DNA of 64,000 bases from a virus: IMG/VR virus record IMGVR_UViG_3300037222_000100, positions 1-64,000 of that record; one strand, written 5' to 3'. Positions 55,247 through 64,000 of the stretch are shown here, one piece after another; position 1 is the first letter of the stretch; each line of letters starts with the position of its first letter. Under the pieces are notes generated by a model. It was not told the DNA's origin, ran no database searches, and saw only the letters and a list, made by a program, of their open reading frames with translations. Position numbers and translations under genes: made by a program.

Positions 55247-55585
55247 ATGGCCCATCGAGGCACTGTCAAGCGCCTCTCGGTTGATCACGAGGAACACGTC
55301 GCTCGTCTCTACGGAGGAAAGCGGTCACCATCGTCCGGGGGTGCCGGACATGACAATGGCGATGTCAGATGTCCGACACTGCTGGTAGAGTGTAAGGCCA
55401 CGATGAACGCTCGCCCCAAGGTCCTCAAAGAGTTCGAAAAGATCGCCAAGGAGGCATATGCTGAGGGCCGCACGCCCGCTCTGGCTCTCCGCTATTTCGC
55501 CCCCGAGAGCATTCTTGCTGACGTGGGCGGTTGGGTGGACTTGATCGTGTACAACGTGAAGGACGACCATGATCAAGCTCGATAA
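55247..55585 (+). CDS. Hjc-like PD-(D/E)xK resolvase/nuclease
   Basis: HEEHVA..SGG..GDV..LVECK. Confidence 0.7.
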   Translation: MAHRGTVKRLSVDHEEHVARLYGGKRSPSSGGAGHDNGDVRCPTLLVECKATMNARPKVLKEFEKIAKEAYAEGRTPALALRYFAPESILADVGGWVDLIVYNVKDDHDQAR

Positions 55586-56324
55586 GGGAATCGACAAGGA
55601 CAAGATCGTCCGCAACCTCGGCAAGAAGTACAAGCTCGTGCCGCATCTGGAGCGTGCATTCAAAGACTTCGAGGACGCGTGGGAGTTTCGCTACGAGGAA
55701 AAGGAGCACGATCAGGCGTGGCATCCTTCGGGCCATTGCACAGAGCCCCCGACCCTGCTCTACAAGATCGCGACCGGCGAGACAGACGGCTTTGGTGAGA
55801 TATCTACGTCACTCCGCAAGACCTTCCAGGTCGGTCACTTCTGGCATCAGCTTCTCCAGTACGTCGTGGTCAACAAACTGGAGATGTGTAGGCCGGAGGC
55901 TGTCGAGCGCGTAGCCACGAAGGACTGGTCCGCTAAGAAGGACCAGCAACCCTATCACTGGGTACGAGGCTCCGGCGACCTCGCTCCGGTAGAAACCCCT
56001 AGCTGGAAGGGACTCGTAGACTTCAAGACCATGCACGCGCAGGCGTTCAAAGAGGCACGGATACCCGCGCGGTTCGAGGCCAAGTATGAGTGCCAGATCA
56101 ACATCTACATGGACCTGTTTGATGAGGATGAAGCGATCATCCTTCCTATCAACAAGGATAGTGGAGAATTCAAGGAGTTCCTCTACGAGCGCAATCAGGA
56201 CCTCATCGATGTGATCTACGAGAAGTGGGAATTCGTATCGGCCTGCGTCGATGCTGGTGAACCACCCACAGACATGGATGACGAGATGTTCCCACTCCCT
56301 CTAACGGGACCGATCTCCGTATGA
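55569..56324 (+). CDS. Cas4/RecB-like PD-(D/E)xK exonuclease
   Basis: HPS..C, GHFWH, GSGD, VDFKT, QINIY. Confidence 0.75.
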   Translation: MIKLDKGIDKDKIVRNLGKKYKLVPHLERAFKDFEDAWEFRYEEKEHDQAWHPSGHCTEPPTLLYKIATGETDGFGEISTSLRKTFQVGHFWHQLLQYVVVNKLEMCRPEAVERVATKDWSAKKDQQPYHWVRGSGDLAPVETPSWKGLVDFKTMHAQAFKEARIPARFEAKYECQINIYMDLFDEDEAIILPINKDSGEFKEFLYERNQDLIDVIYEKWEFVSACVDAGEPPTDMDDEMFPLPLTGPISV

Positions 56325-56857
56325 GCAACATCATGGCCATGGACCCCGGTGCCACGCGCGCAGGGTGGGCTATCCTCGGTGACTATCCTCCTGCGCCACC
56401 GACTTACATAGCCTCCGGCGTCGAGCACTGTCCCCGACTGAGCAAGAAGCACCCATTTCAGAAGTACCGCATGGAACTGACCGATTACTGGGTAGGCAAG
56501 GCCCACGAGTTGATTGAAGAGTACAACCCTAGCCTTCTGATCTCCGAGACGGTCCCTTCGCGCGGCGCTGGCATCCCTGAGCAGTTGTACGTGGCCAACG
56601 TGATGATCACCACCGTTCACGCAATTGCCATTGCCTACGGCATTCCTGTGGAGCAGGTATCGGCGCGTACAGTGCAGGCGAAAATGGCTCTGCGCAAGCC
56701 AAATGTGAAAGTGACGAAACCTCAGGTCCGCAACGGTGTACTTACTCATCTACCGGAAATGAAGGAGAGGTTGATGAAGAATGTCAAAGTATTCGAGGAG
56801 TCTGATGCACTAGCCATAGGGTTGTGGTACCTAGGGGTACAAACCAATGTGCTATAG
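56321..56857 (+). CDS. ruvC: RuvC-like Holliday junction resolvase
   Basis: MAMDPG..GWA, ISE, ESDALAIG. Confidence 0.85.
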   Translation: MSNIMAMDPGATRAGWAILGDYPPAPPTYIASGVEHCPRLSKKHPFQKYRMELTDYWVGKAHELIEEYNPSLLISETVPSRGAGIPEQLYVANVMITTVHAIAIAYGIPVEQVSARTVQAKMALRKPNVKVTKPQVRNGVLTHLPEMKERLMKNVKVFEESDALAIGLWYLGVQTNVL

Positions 56858-56866
56858 TGGACACAA

Positions 56867-57262
56867 ATGGTCGCTGCAAAAAAGAGCAACAAACCTACCG
56901 CGCCCATCCCGCTGCATCGAATACTCCGCGAGGTTCTAAGGCACTACACCGAGTATCGTGAACTGGTCAACTCGGACGGTCGGCTTCACGTCCTCGACTA
57001 TGGGTACTGGGTCTACAACGAGGATGGCACGCGCTCTCACAAGGAGCACGTCTCAATCTCCTTCTGGGACCTGCACAACGGTCTTCAGGAACTAGCCCCT
57101 CGCAAGCGCGAGGCGATCTTTTACAACGTCATCCTTGACATGAAGCAGAAGGATGTTGCCAAGATCATGGGTATAACTACCGTGAGCATTGGTCAGTACG
57201 TCGAGGCAGGCACGATCCAACTCGCCAAGAAGTACTTCGCAGAGGTACCCGATGGCGACTGA
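56867..57262 (+). CDS. Sigma-70 region 4-like HTH protein
   Basis: LAPRKREAI..MKQKDVAKIMGITTVSI. Confidence 0.7.
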   Translation: MVAAKKSNKPTAPIPLHRILREVLRHYTEYRELVNSDGRLHVLDYGYWVYNEDGTRSHKEHVSISFWDLHNGLQELAPRKREAIFYNVILDMKQKDVAKIMGITTVSIGQYVEAGTIQLAKKYFAEVPDGD

Positions 57263-57815
57263 GGTCGAGGACGAGGATTACGACATCCTTGAGGCTGAAG
57301 AGCAGGATGCCGTCTTTGACCCGGCCCGGAAGTACACGTCGGAAGAGCTAGTTGCCTTTGCCGACCAACTCCTTCGCGAGGATTCGAACCGAGAGTTATG
57401 CCGCAAGTGCAAGGCGAAGGATGACGACGGAGACTGGCTGCCCTACGGAGAAGAGACGGGTCAGGTCGAGTCCGTTCCGCAATACGACGATGGAGGGGAG
57501 CCGCTTCTCGATGACGAGGGCAACCAGCTATACTTGGAGTTCCCCGAACTGAAGTGCGAGAAAGGGCACAGGTGGTTCCACGGAGAGGGTCAGCGCCGGG
57601 ACATCCGAGGACCGAATCCGATCCTCTTTGAGAGTCACTTGTACAATCGCAAACGTCGAGAGATTTACACAGAGTCAGGCACACCCGATCCAGCGTTCAC
57701 AATGGATAGGCACGGTAGACCCACACAGGGCATGTACAATCGCAGTCACCCCGAGGGACGCAAGATCAATACTAAGACTCAGCGCGCCAAAAACGGAGCC
57801 AGTTACTATCGTTAG
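57252..57815 (+). CDS. Hypothetical protein
   Basis: CRKC..CEKGH. Confidence 0.6.
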   Translation: MATEVEDEDYDILEAEEQDAVFDPARKYTSEELVAFADQLLREDSNRELCRKCKAKDDDGDWLPYGEETGQVESVPQYDDGGEPLLDDEGNQLYLEFPELKCEKGHRWFHGEGQRRDIRGPNPILFESHLYNRKRREIYTESGTPDPAFTMDRHGRPTQGMYNRSHPEGRKINTKTQRAKNGASYYR

Positions 57816-57860
57816 ACTGATGTGCTATACCCCCAACAACAAACGATAGAAGGAGAAGTG

Positions 57861-58295
57861 ATGAAGACAACAGAGATGAACGGTCCAGCGCTACTTGAAT
57901 GGTGTGGCACTGACGCCGCTCGATGGGCACAAGCATTCGCCGAACATTCACCTGCCGGTCCCGATGAGAAATGGGACGAGGGCTTTTTGATCGGGTGGTT
58001 CGCCAACGCCATGTGCATGGCAGACGAGGAGCGACGTGCCAAGGAGGAGAAGACGACCATCGAAACCCTCGGCTTGCTCTCAGCCGTATTGGCCGACCAC
58101 AGTGGCGCATGGGACGGGCTCGCGCCCAACTGGTTCCCACAGCCACCCGAGTGGCTTCAGCTATGGCGAGAGTGCGAGGACGTAATCACCTGCGATCCTG
58201 ATGCACCCGACAAGCCGACGATCACCTACAAGGTCGCTCCAGGACCGGGCCACGCACAGGCGTTCCTAGATCGACTCGAAGCGATAGATGGATAA
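57861..58295 (+). CDS. Hypothetical protein
   Basis: AAGGAG RBS. Confidence 0.55.
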   Translation: MKTTEMNGPALLEWCGTDAARWAQAFAEHSPAGPDEKWDEGFLIGWFANAMCMADEERRAKEEKTTIETLGLLSAVLADHSGAWDGLAPNWFPQPPEWLQLWRECEDVITCDPDAPDKPTITYKVAPGPGHAQAFLDRLEAIDG

Positions 58296-59043
58296 CGTCG
58301 AGGCACAAGAACTCGGCGTCTCTGACGACGAGCGAGCGAAGCGCCGGAACGTACTTGAGAAACGTTCCGGCGCTGATCTCAAGAAGAAGTGGGAGCAGAG
58401 CGACCGCGCTGCACTAGAGCGGCGTGAAAACGAAATCGCTCCCGAAACCATCACATCGCCACGGTGTAGCGTCTGCCAGAGCGAACACCGCGAATGGATC
58501 GAGATCGCCCTCATCAAAGGGCACTCGTACAAATCGATAGCCGACCGCGTACCCCCTGACGAGGACGGTAAAGGCATCGACCGGCGCTCGATAGCCAATC
58601 ACTATCAGCACCACATGGATGTGGAGCGCATGGTGATCCGAGGAGAGCTTGAGGCCGAGGCCAGGGCGCTGCAACAGAATGTCGAGGAGGGAGTGCAAGG
58701 TGCGCTCACCGACCGAGGCATGCTCAAAGTCCTGGCACGCAAAGCATTCGATGATGTTATCAAGGGCGTCACGACGGTTGAACCCAAGGACCTCATTCAG
58801 ATCATCAAGCTCCTCCACGATCTCAATGAGAACACGGCCAACGTCAAGGCCGAGGAGAACGAGATCGCGCTGCGTACATTCGTGCGCTCTGTACAGGTCG
58901 TGTGCGACCAACACACCATCCAGAAGATCGTCCTCGAAGCCGAACGCATACGCAAACAAGACGACGTACAGTACGCCATGGAGGGTATCCTGGAGAAGCC
59001 TCTGCCCGAGCTAATCGAGGGGACGGTTGTCGATGGAGACTGA
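58288..59043 (+). CDS. HTH/Zn protein, possible terminase small subunit
   Basis: CSVC..H..I..ALIKG.SYKSIA..SIANH..HH. Confidence 0.45.
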   Translation: MDNVEAQELGVSDDERAKRRNVLEKRSGADLKKKWEQSDRAALERRENEIAPETITSPRCSVCQSEHREWIEIALIKGHSYKSIADRVPPDEDGKGIDRRSIANHYQHHMDVERMVIRGELEAEARALQQNVEEGVQGALTDRGMLKVLARKAFDDVIKGVTTVEPKDLIQIIKLLHDLNENTANVKAEENEIALRTFVRSVQVVCDQHTIQKIVLEAERIRKQDDVQYAMEGILEKPLPELIEGTVVDGD

Positions 59044-59177
59044 ATTCAACAAGTGCGAGCACTGCGGAACGTGGCACGAGATCAAAACGACCACGTTCGG
59101 CGGCGTACCGGTCAAGACATGCCCATATATCCCCAGTAGCATAACGGGGTACTGGTATACTGGGCTAAGGGACCCCG

Positions 59178-61133
59178 ATGAAGAGAACCCGATATCAGCT
59201 TCTTACAACCCCACTCTTGGACAAGATCGAGAGCTTGTCTCGTGACGAGCAAGCTCAGTATCTCTTCCTGAGCACGAGCGACGAGTTCAAAGGTCGCTGG
59301 CAGGTCACGGCGCTCTGGCCCGACTTCTTCTTCGATTTCGAGGACATCATCGGGCACTATCGCACGGTGTCTCCAGCCAAGCTGGACGAATTCCTGTCGT
59401 TCGCAGATGAGACGGGTTACGTCATCGTCTTCGAGGACCCACCCGAGGCTATCTTGGAAGCATACGAGAGTCTGAAAGACCCTCCACCATTCTCTCTCAA
59501 TTCCTCCCTTGAGAACACAGTCAACGGGATGTTTTCGTGGCAGACGGAAGGGTTCAACAAGCTCATACGTGACGAAGACCTTCAGGCGGGACTTGTGGTC
59601 TGGGATACGGGTACCGGGAAGACGGCATTCATCGCAGCGGCCTTGAAGTGGCATGAGGAATGGGGACACCCATATGACCTCGCTCTCATCGTCGTAAAGA
59701 AGAACAACAAGATCGACATGCAACGTAAGATCAAGGCGCTTGCCGGGTTCGAGTCGTTCGTGGTCGAGGGTCCGCCCAAAAAGCGTGACCCCGTGTATGC
59801 GGCTATCTCTGATGCTCTCGCGGAGAAACGATCACCGATCATGATCACCAACTACGAGAAATTCCGAGACGATGACGAGATGTTCAAGTGGCTCATGGGA
59901 GGGCGTGACTGTCTCGTCTTCTGGGATGAGATGCCGACACGCCTGAGTGAACGCACAACGAAAGTCTACGAGGCCGTGCAGAAGTGTCTCTGGAAGGTCT
60001 TCCAACCCAAGAGAGGGCGACCCACAGCACGACCCAAATGGATGCGTCAGTGGGAGCTAACCGCCACTCCCATCGAGAACTCTCCTGCGGGGGTCTTCAA
60101 CTGCATTCGGCTCATGGTGCCGTGGCTACTGGGTACGGTCACTAAGTTCGAGAAGGAGTATGTGGCAGGGCGCAATGAAATTTCGAGGAAGCCCGAGCAC
60201 TGGCGACACCTAGATCGTCTGGAGGGACAGATCGAGCACATGACCCATCGCGTGAGTCGGGATGACCCCGAGGTAGCAAAGCTATTTCCTGAGGTCATGG
60301 AAGACCCGCTGATCATCGACTGGGATATGCGCGACCGTGCGGTCTACGACATGCTTGCTAGCAACGCAGTGAAAATACTCGAAGAGGAATCTGAGTCGGA
60401 CGAATTCAATGTGCTCGCGATGATCCAGGTCATGCAGATGCTCTGCGATGCGCCCTCTATGATCGGTCAGTCGGCCGAGCATCGCAAAGAGTTCCTTCAG
60501 ACCATCGCAGACCTTGGTGACGAGGACGATCTCCCCCGGCTGGATGGACCCAAAGGCTCCGAGATCGCATTGCGTCTTGTCGAATCGCTCAAACGAGCGC
60601 CAACTGACGACCACCACACTAAGTTCGACACCCTGCACGAAATCCTCACAGAGAAACATCCCAATGAGAAAGTGCTCGTGTACATGACGTGGGCAAGCTA
60701 CGGCTATGGTCCGTTGACGGCCAAGCTAGATGAGTGGGGCATCTCCTACGTCGCGTACACCGGGACTGACAAACAGCGACAGGAGGCAAAGGATGCCTTT
60801 CGCAGCGATCCGGATATCCGAGTCTTCCTCTCATCGGACAAGGGGAGCGACTCCATCGACCTACCTGAGGCTGCCGTTGGCGTCAACTACAACCTCCCTT
60901 GGACGTGGACCCGTAAGCGCCAGCGTCAAGGGCGCAACGACCGAGTGGATTCTAAGCTAGAGACAACCTGGTGGTACGATCTCATCATGGCCAACAGCGT
61001 CGAGGAGCGCAAGCGAGAAATCATCGAGATCAAGAAGGGCTACCACAAGGTTCTCTTTGACGGGCATGCAGTCGAGGACGCTATCTCCGCCAAGCTCACC
61101 CGCGAGGACCTGATGTTCATCCTTACGGGCTAG
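59178..61133 (+). CDS. SNF2-family helicase
   Basis: DTGTGKT, FWDE, LTATP, RQGRNDR. Confidence 0.85.
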   Translation: MKRTRYQLLTTPLLDKIESLSRDEQAQYLFLSTSDEFKGRWQVTALWPDFFFDFEDIIGHYRTVSPAKLDEFLSFADETGYVIVFEDPPEAILEAYESLKDPPPFSLNSSLENTVNGMFSWQTEGFNKLIRDEDLQAGLVVWDTGTGKTAFIAAALKWHEEWGHPYDLALIVVKKNNKIDMQRKIKALAGFESFVVEGPPKKRDPVYAAISDALAEKRSPIMITNYEKFRDDDEMFKWLMGGRDCLVFWDEMPTRLSERTTKVYEAVQKCLWKVFQPKRGRPTARPKWMRQWELTATPIENSPAGVFNCIRLMVPWLLGTVTKFEKEYVAGRNEISRKPEHWRHLDRLEGQIEHMTHRVSRDDPEVAKLFPEVMEDPLIIDWDMRDRAVYDMLASNAVKILEEESESDEFNVLAMIQVMQMLCDAPSMIGQSAEHRKEFLQTIADLGDEDDLPRLDGPKGSEIALRLVESLKRAPTDDHHTKFDTLHEILTEKHPNEKVLVYMTWASYGYGPLTAKLDEWGISYVAYTGTDKQRQEAKDAFRSDPDIRVFLSSDKGSDSIDLPEAAVGVNYNLPWTWTRKRQRQGRNDRVDSKLETTWWYDLIMANSVEERKREIIEIKKGYHKVLFDGHAVEDAISAKLTREDLMFILTG

Positions 61134-61917
61134 CTACATCTGTCGTGGTGGCGGTGTCTTCCACTGTGCGCCGTCGATGTACCTGTCGTGTCGGTGCTGC
61201 ATCGACGGTTACGGCCCCCTCTCCTGTGCTTTCCCGGTGCAAGTGCGTCGTGCGTGTCGCCACGTCACTTGCCAAAGCCACATCGCCGGTCCTACGCTGT
61301 GCATGGGTCGTACCGCTTGCCGCATCATGCGTGAGGGCAGCATCATTGACATCGCGCACTCGTTTGCCTCCACGATGTATCCATTCGGGCGTTGCTGGAC
61401 CATCATCTGCTAGTGCGACATCGGACGTTTCTGCCACGCTTTTGACCGGCGGTTCTTCGGTGTTTTCTCCCCGGATCACATAGGGCGAGACGAATCCAAA
61501 TGCCTCATAAACGAGATTGACTGGGCGAGCAACCGACCAGCGCTGATTACGCGAGTCGATGACGGTGAGAGTAACTTCGATGTTCGGGTCTACGACCTCG
61601 AACGTATGTGTGACGGTCGGTCCAAAGCCTTCAGTGCCATCACCAAAGGTCCAGTGGTACTCCAGAATCGTGACTCCCGGAGGCGTGCGGACGTAAGGAC
61701 GTTTCGGATGCGCTGGATTGAACTCGGCTTCGAACACGACAGGGAGATGCACGGGCGTAGTGTTGAGCAGGTAACGCGTGTCACCTTCATATAGGGGTTC
61801 GTACGGGTAGGTGTCGCCGTCGTATGTAACGGAACCTGTCGGCCCATCCTGTTTGAAGAAGAAGTCGGCCTCAACATCGAGTGGCGGGAACGGAGGGTCG
61901 TTGATGATGGAGGCCAT
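61123..61917 (-). CDS. PKD-domain virion protein with C-terminal repeats
   Basis: YHWTFGDG..THTF..VTLTV; ~20-aa D-x-A repeats. Confidence 0.7.
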   Translation of the reverse strand: MASIINDPPFPPLDVEADFFFKQDGPTGSVTYDGDTYPYEPLYEGDTRYLLNTTPVHLPVVFEAEFNPAHPKRPYVRTPPGVTILEYHWTFGDGTEGFGPTVTHTFEVVDPNIEVTLTVIDSRNQRWSVARPVNLVYEAFGFVSPYVIRGENTEEPPVKSVAETSDVALADDGPATPEWIHRGGKRVRDVNDAALTHDAASGTTHAQRRTGDVALASDVATRTTHLHRESTGEGAVTVDAAPTRQVHRRRTVEDTATTTDVASP

Positions 61918-64000
61918 TAGACTACCACTATCGTTTCAGTGGACTCGCTGCGTAGACCATTGCGGTCGGTCACGACGAGAGTTGCGTGATAGGTACCTTC
62001 CTGCGTGTACCTGTGTTCAACGACCGTACTATCTCCTGCCTCGATGGCTCCATCTCCAAACAGCCACTCGCGTGAGATGATCGACGCAGTACCGTCTGTG
62101 GATTCATCAATGAATTCGAAGGTGCTAGGGTTCGTGCCATTGATGGTGAGTTTTGCGGTCGGCCCAATCTTGCCCGTGAGCTTTTCCTCAGGAAACACGA
62201 GACGCCCTAGCTGTGCGTATCGAGGGATGATCTTTGGACTTCTGATCGTGGCGTTCTGCCGCAGCGCTCGACCGCGTAGCTGTAGCTCTTTGCCACGCGG
62301 CGAGAGAAGAATACCCTTGCGATTGACGTTTACGATCTCCCGGAAGTCGGTCCAGGGAGCATAGTTGCTCTTCCATGGATCGTCCACGACTGATCGTGCG
62401 CTCCATTGCACGGCTCGCTCGAAGATCGAGACGCTATCGACCCACCAAGTAGAAGCCACTTTGGTCGGCTGGAGAATCTGAAGGGCATAGCGACCCGTCT
62501 GGAGGATCAGGTTATCCGGAATGCGCAAGATGACCTCCTGCCATTGATTCGTTTCGAGTTCGGGGATACCGAGCCTGTAGACAACGCCCTGGTCACTCAC
62601 GAGGTTAGCGATGATGTTGCTCTCCATGACCTCATCGATGCTCGTGTACCCTTTGCTTGGGAAGAACGGCGGAAACAGGTGCGGACTAGGCAGCGTCGGC
62701 GCATGTACGGTTTCGACTCTTTCGACCTGCCTCGGTTCGCCCGCGAACCAGAGGTTGAAACGAATCTCGAATTGCGAGAAGTCAACGACTTCGAAGAGGT
62801 TGGTTTCGAGCCCAACGTTGTTGGTTGTACCGTCTGTGTCTACACGGAAGCTTTCGCCACTGGTTGTACGAGCTTTGTCTCGCGTGAGTCGCAGCGCTTT
62901 GGATTCTGCGGGGTACTGCTTGAACCCTTGGTCCCAGAGTTCTTCGTTGCCCGTGAAGCTGGCAAAGAGTTGCGCGCCATCGACGGGTGTGCGGCTCTCC
63001 AGCGGGGCACTCTCGTATTCGGCGAAGCATACGCTCCGGGGCCTGATATTTTGGACATAGGCATCCGCATCCCCTAGGGTGGCCTGCCAACCGACGCGCC
63101 CCTTGCGCCTGCGGAAGATGCCGTCATCATCGATGACCGTTGAATCGAAGATGGGCTCCTGGATAACCGTTTTGTCGTTGTTGAGACGATAGATGCGAAG
63201 GCGTGCGGTTGACCCCGCTAGCGATGCAACCAATAGGTAGTTAGCGTTGCTATCGAGCGGTTCTGGGAGTTTCGGGAACACGTAGCCAGGACTTGTGGAG
63301 TTGGCCATGGTGATACTCGTTTTGACGGCATCCCATTTGAGCGTGAAGAAAACCCAACTCTGCTCGACGGGGTTTTCAACCGCGATACGCTCAAGGTCCT
63401 CCATCGTCTCTAGGTGATCAAACTGTTCCATGGGGCGTTTGTCGAATTCGCCCACTGTACGAGGGAGGAACTCGACAGTACCTAGATCGGGCTGAGGCTT
63501 ACCGTCGAGGTCAGACATAGTGATCCCAATGAGGTCTAGCTGGTTCTGGAAGATCATCGACTCCTCGCGGAAGAAGAGTGTGATGCTGTTGTCGTGCAGC
63601 GCTGACCCCGTATTGAAGGCAACCCCGAACTCCGTGTCGATTGGCGTCGGATCGTTGATCCCTGGCAATGGTGACGCTCGCCAGAGTGTGCTCTGGATGA
63701 AGAGAGGTCCGCTAGAGACGTTGCCATCGAGCGGCGTTGGTTTGCGGAGTCTACCGTTCCAGTTATCGAAGTCCACTGTGCTCACGACCCAACCCGGCTT
63801 GGCGGTCGGGGCAAGAACGAGCTTGAGGCCCATGATGATGAGTGAAGTGGGTTCATTGGCCACGACCCTGAAACGAACGCCGGTGATCTTCGACAGATCG
63901 ATTGCGTTCTGCTGGAATGCAGAACGCAAAACCCGGAATTTGCAACTGCCTTCGATGAGCGCATCGAGGCTAGCTTTGAAGGTAACCGATGCCGTGACAG
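61917..64000 (-). CDS. Large tail/baseplate protein with C-terminal PKD domain (partial, frame open to right edge)
   Basis: REWLFGDG..HRY..GTYHATLVVTD; no stop in frame up to 63998. Confidence 0.7.
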   Translation of the reverse strand, partial: VTASVTFKASLDALIEGSCKFRVLRSAFQQNAIDLSKITGVRFRVVANEPTSLIIMGLKLVLAPTAKPGWVVSTVDFDNWNGRLRKPTPLDGNVSSGPLFIQSTLWRASPLPGINDPTPIDTEFGVAFNTGSALHDNSITLFFREESMIFQNQLDLIGITMSDLDGKPQPDLGTVEFLPRTVGEFDKRPMEQFDHLETMEDLERIAVENPVEQSWVFFTLKWDAVKTSITMANSTSPGYVFPKLPEPLDSNANYLLVASLAGSTARLRIYRLNNDKTVIQEPIFDSTVIDDDGIFRRRKGRVGWQATLGDADAYVQNIRPRSVCFAEYESAPLESRTPVDGAQLFASFTGNEELWDQGFKQYPAESKALRLTRDKARTTSGESFRVDTDGTTNNVGLETNLFEVVDFSQFEIRFNLWFAGEPRQVERVETVHAPTLPSPHLFPPFFPSKGYTSIDEVMESNIIANLVSDQGVVYRLGIPELETNQWQEVILRIPDNLILQTGRYALQILQPTKVASTWWVDSVSIFERAVQWSARSVVDDPWKSNYAPWTDFREIVNVNRKGILLSPRGKELQLRGRALRQNATIRSPKIIPRYAQLGRLVFPEEKLTGKIGPTAKLTINGTNPSTFEFIDESTDGTASIISREWLFGDGAIEAGDSTVVEHRYTQEGTYHATLVVTDRNGLRSESTETIVVV

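Noticed and set aside
55569-56324. CRISPR-Cas system (Cas4-like gene)
   Set aside because: No repeat-spacer array or other cas genes seen; it sits in a recombination operon

Overview
64 kb of a large, GC-rich tailed-phage genome. The host is probably actinobacterial, inferred from GC content, TGnTAnnnT extended -10 boxes and leaderless starts. Left arm (- strand): multi-domain effector polyproteins (Fic/Doc + nucleotidyltransferase; papain/transglutaminase-like + GNAT + CCA-adding/HD), nucleotide-metabolism genes, portal, head proteins, terminase, tail-fibre-like genes, holin and endolysin. A 10 kb RNA operon (26.3-36.5 kb, - strand) holds 34 tRNAs with assignable anticodons covering all 20 amino acids, none with an encoded CCA. 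It also holds a tmRNA with a 34-codon tag, a phage-encoded RNase P RNA of hybrid architecture, a circularly permuted tRNA-like RNA, anticodon-less tRNA mimics and several unassigned structured RNAs. Next come an RNA ligase, a ClpP-like protease and a class II RNR, then a divergent + strand replication module (DnaC-like loader, DnaB-like helicase, primase, SSB, RNase H, DnaE, RecA, resolvases, SNF2 helicase) and PKD-domain tail genes. Ten HNH genes and one LAGLIDADG gene are scattered through the window. Two candidates for new biology stand out: (1) an apparently self-contained tRNA maturation/repair system including a phage RNase P ribozyme; (2) head-region polyproteins punctuated by a K/R-x-A motif that may be protease-processed virion cargo. 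All calls were made by eye without database searches, and RNA ends are approximate to a few nt.
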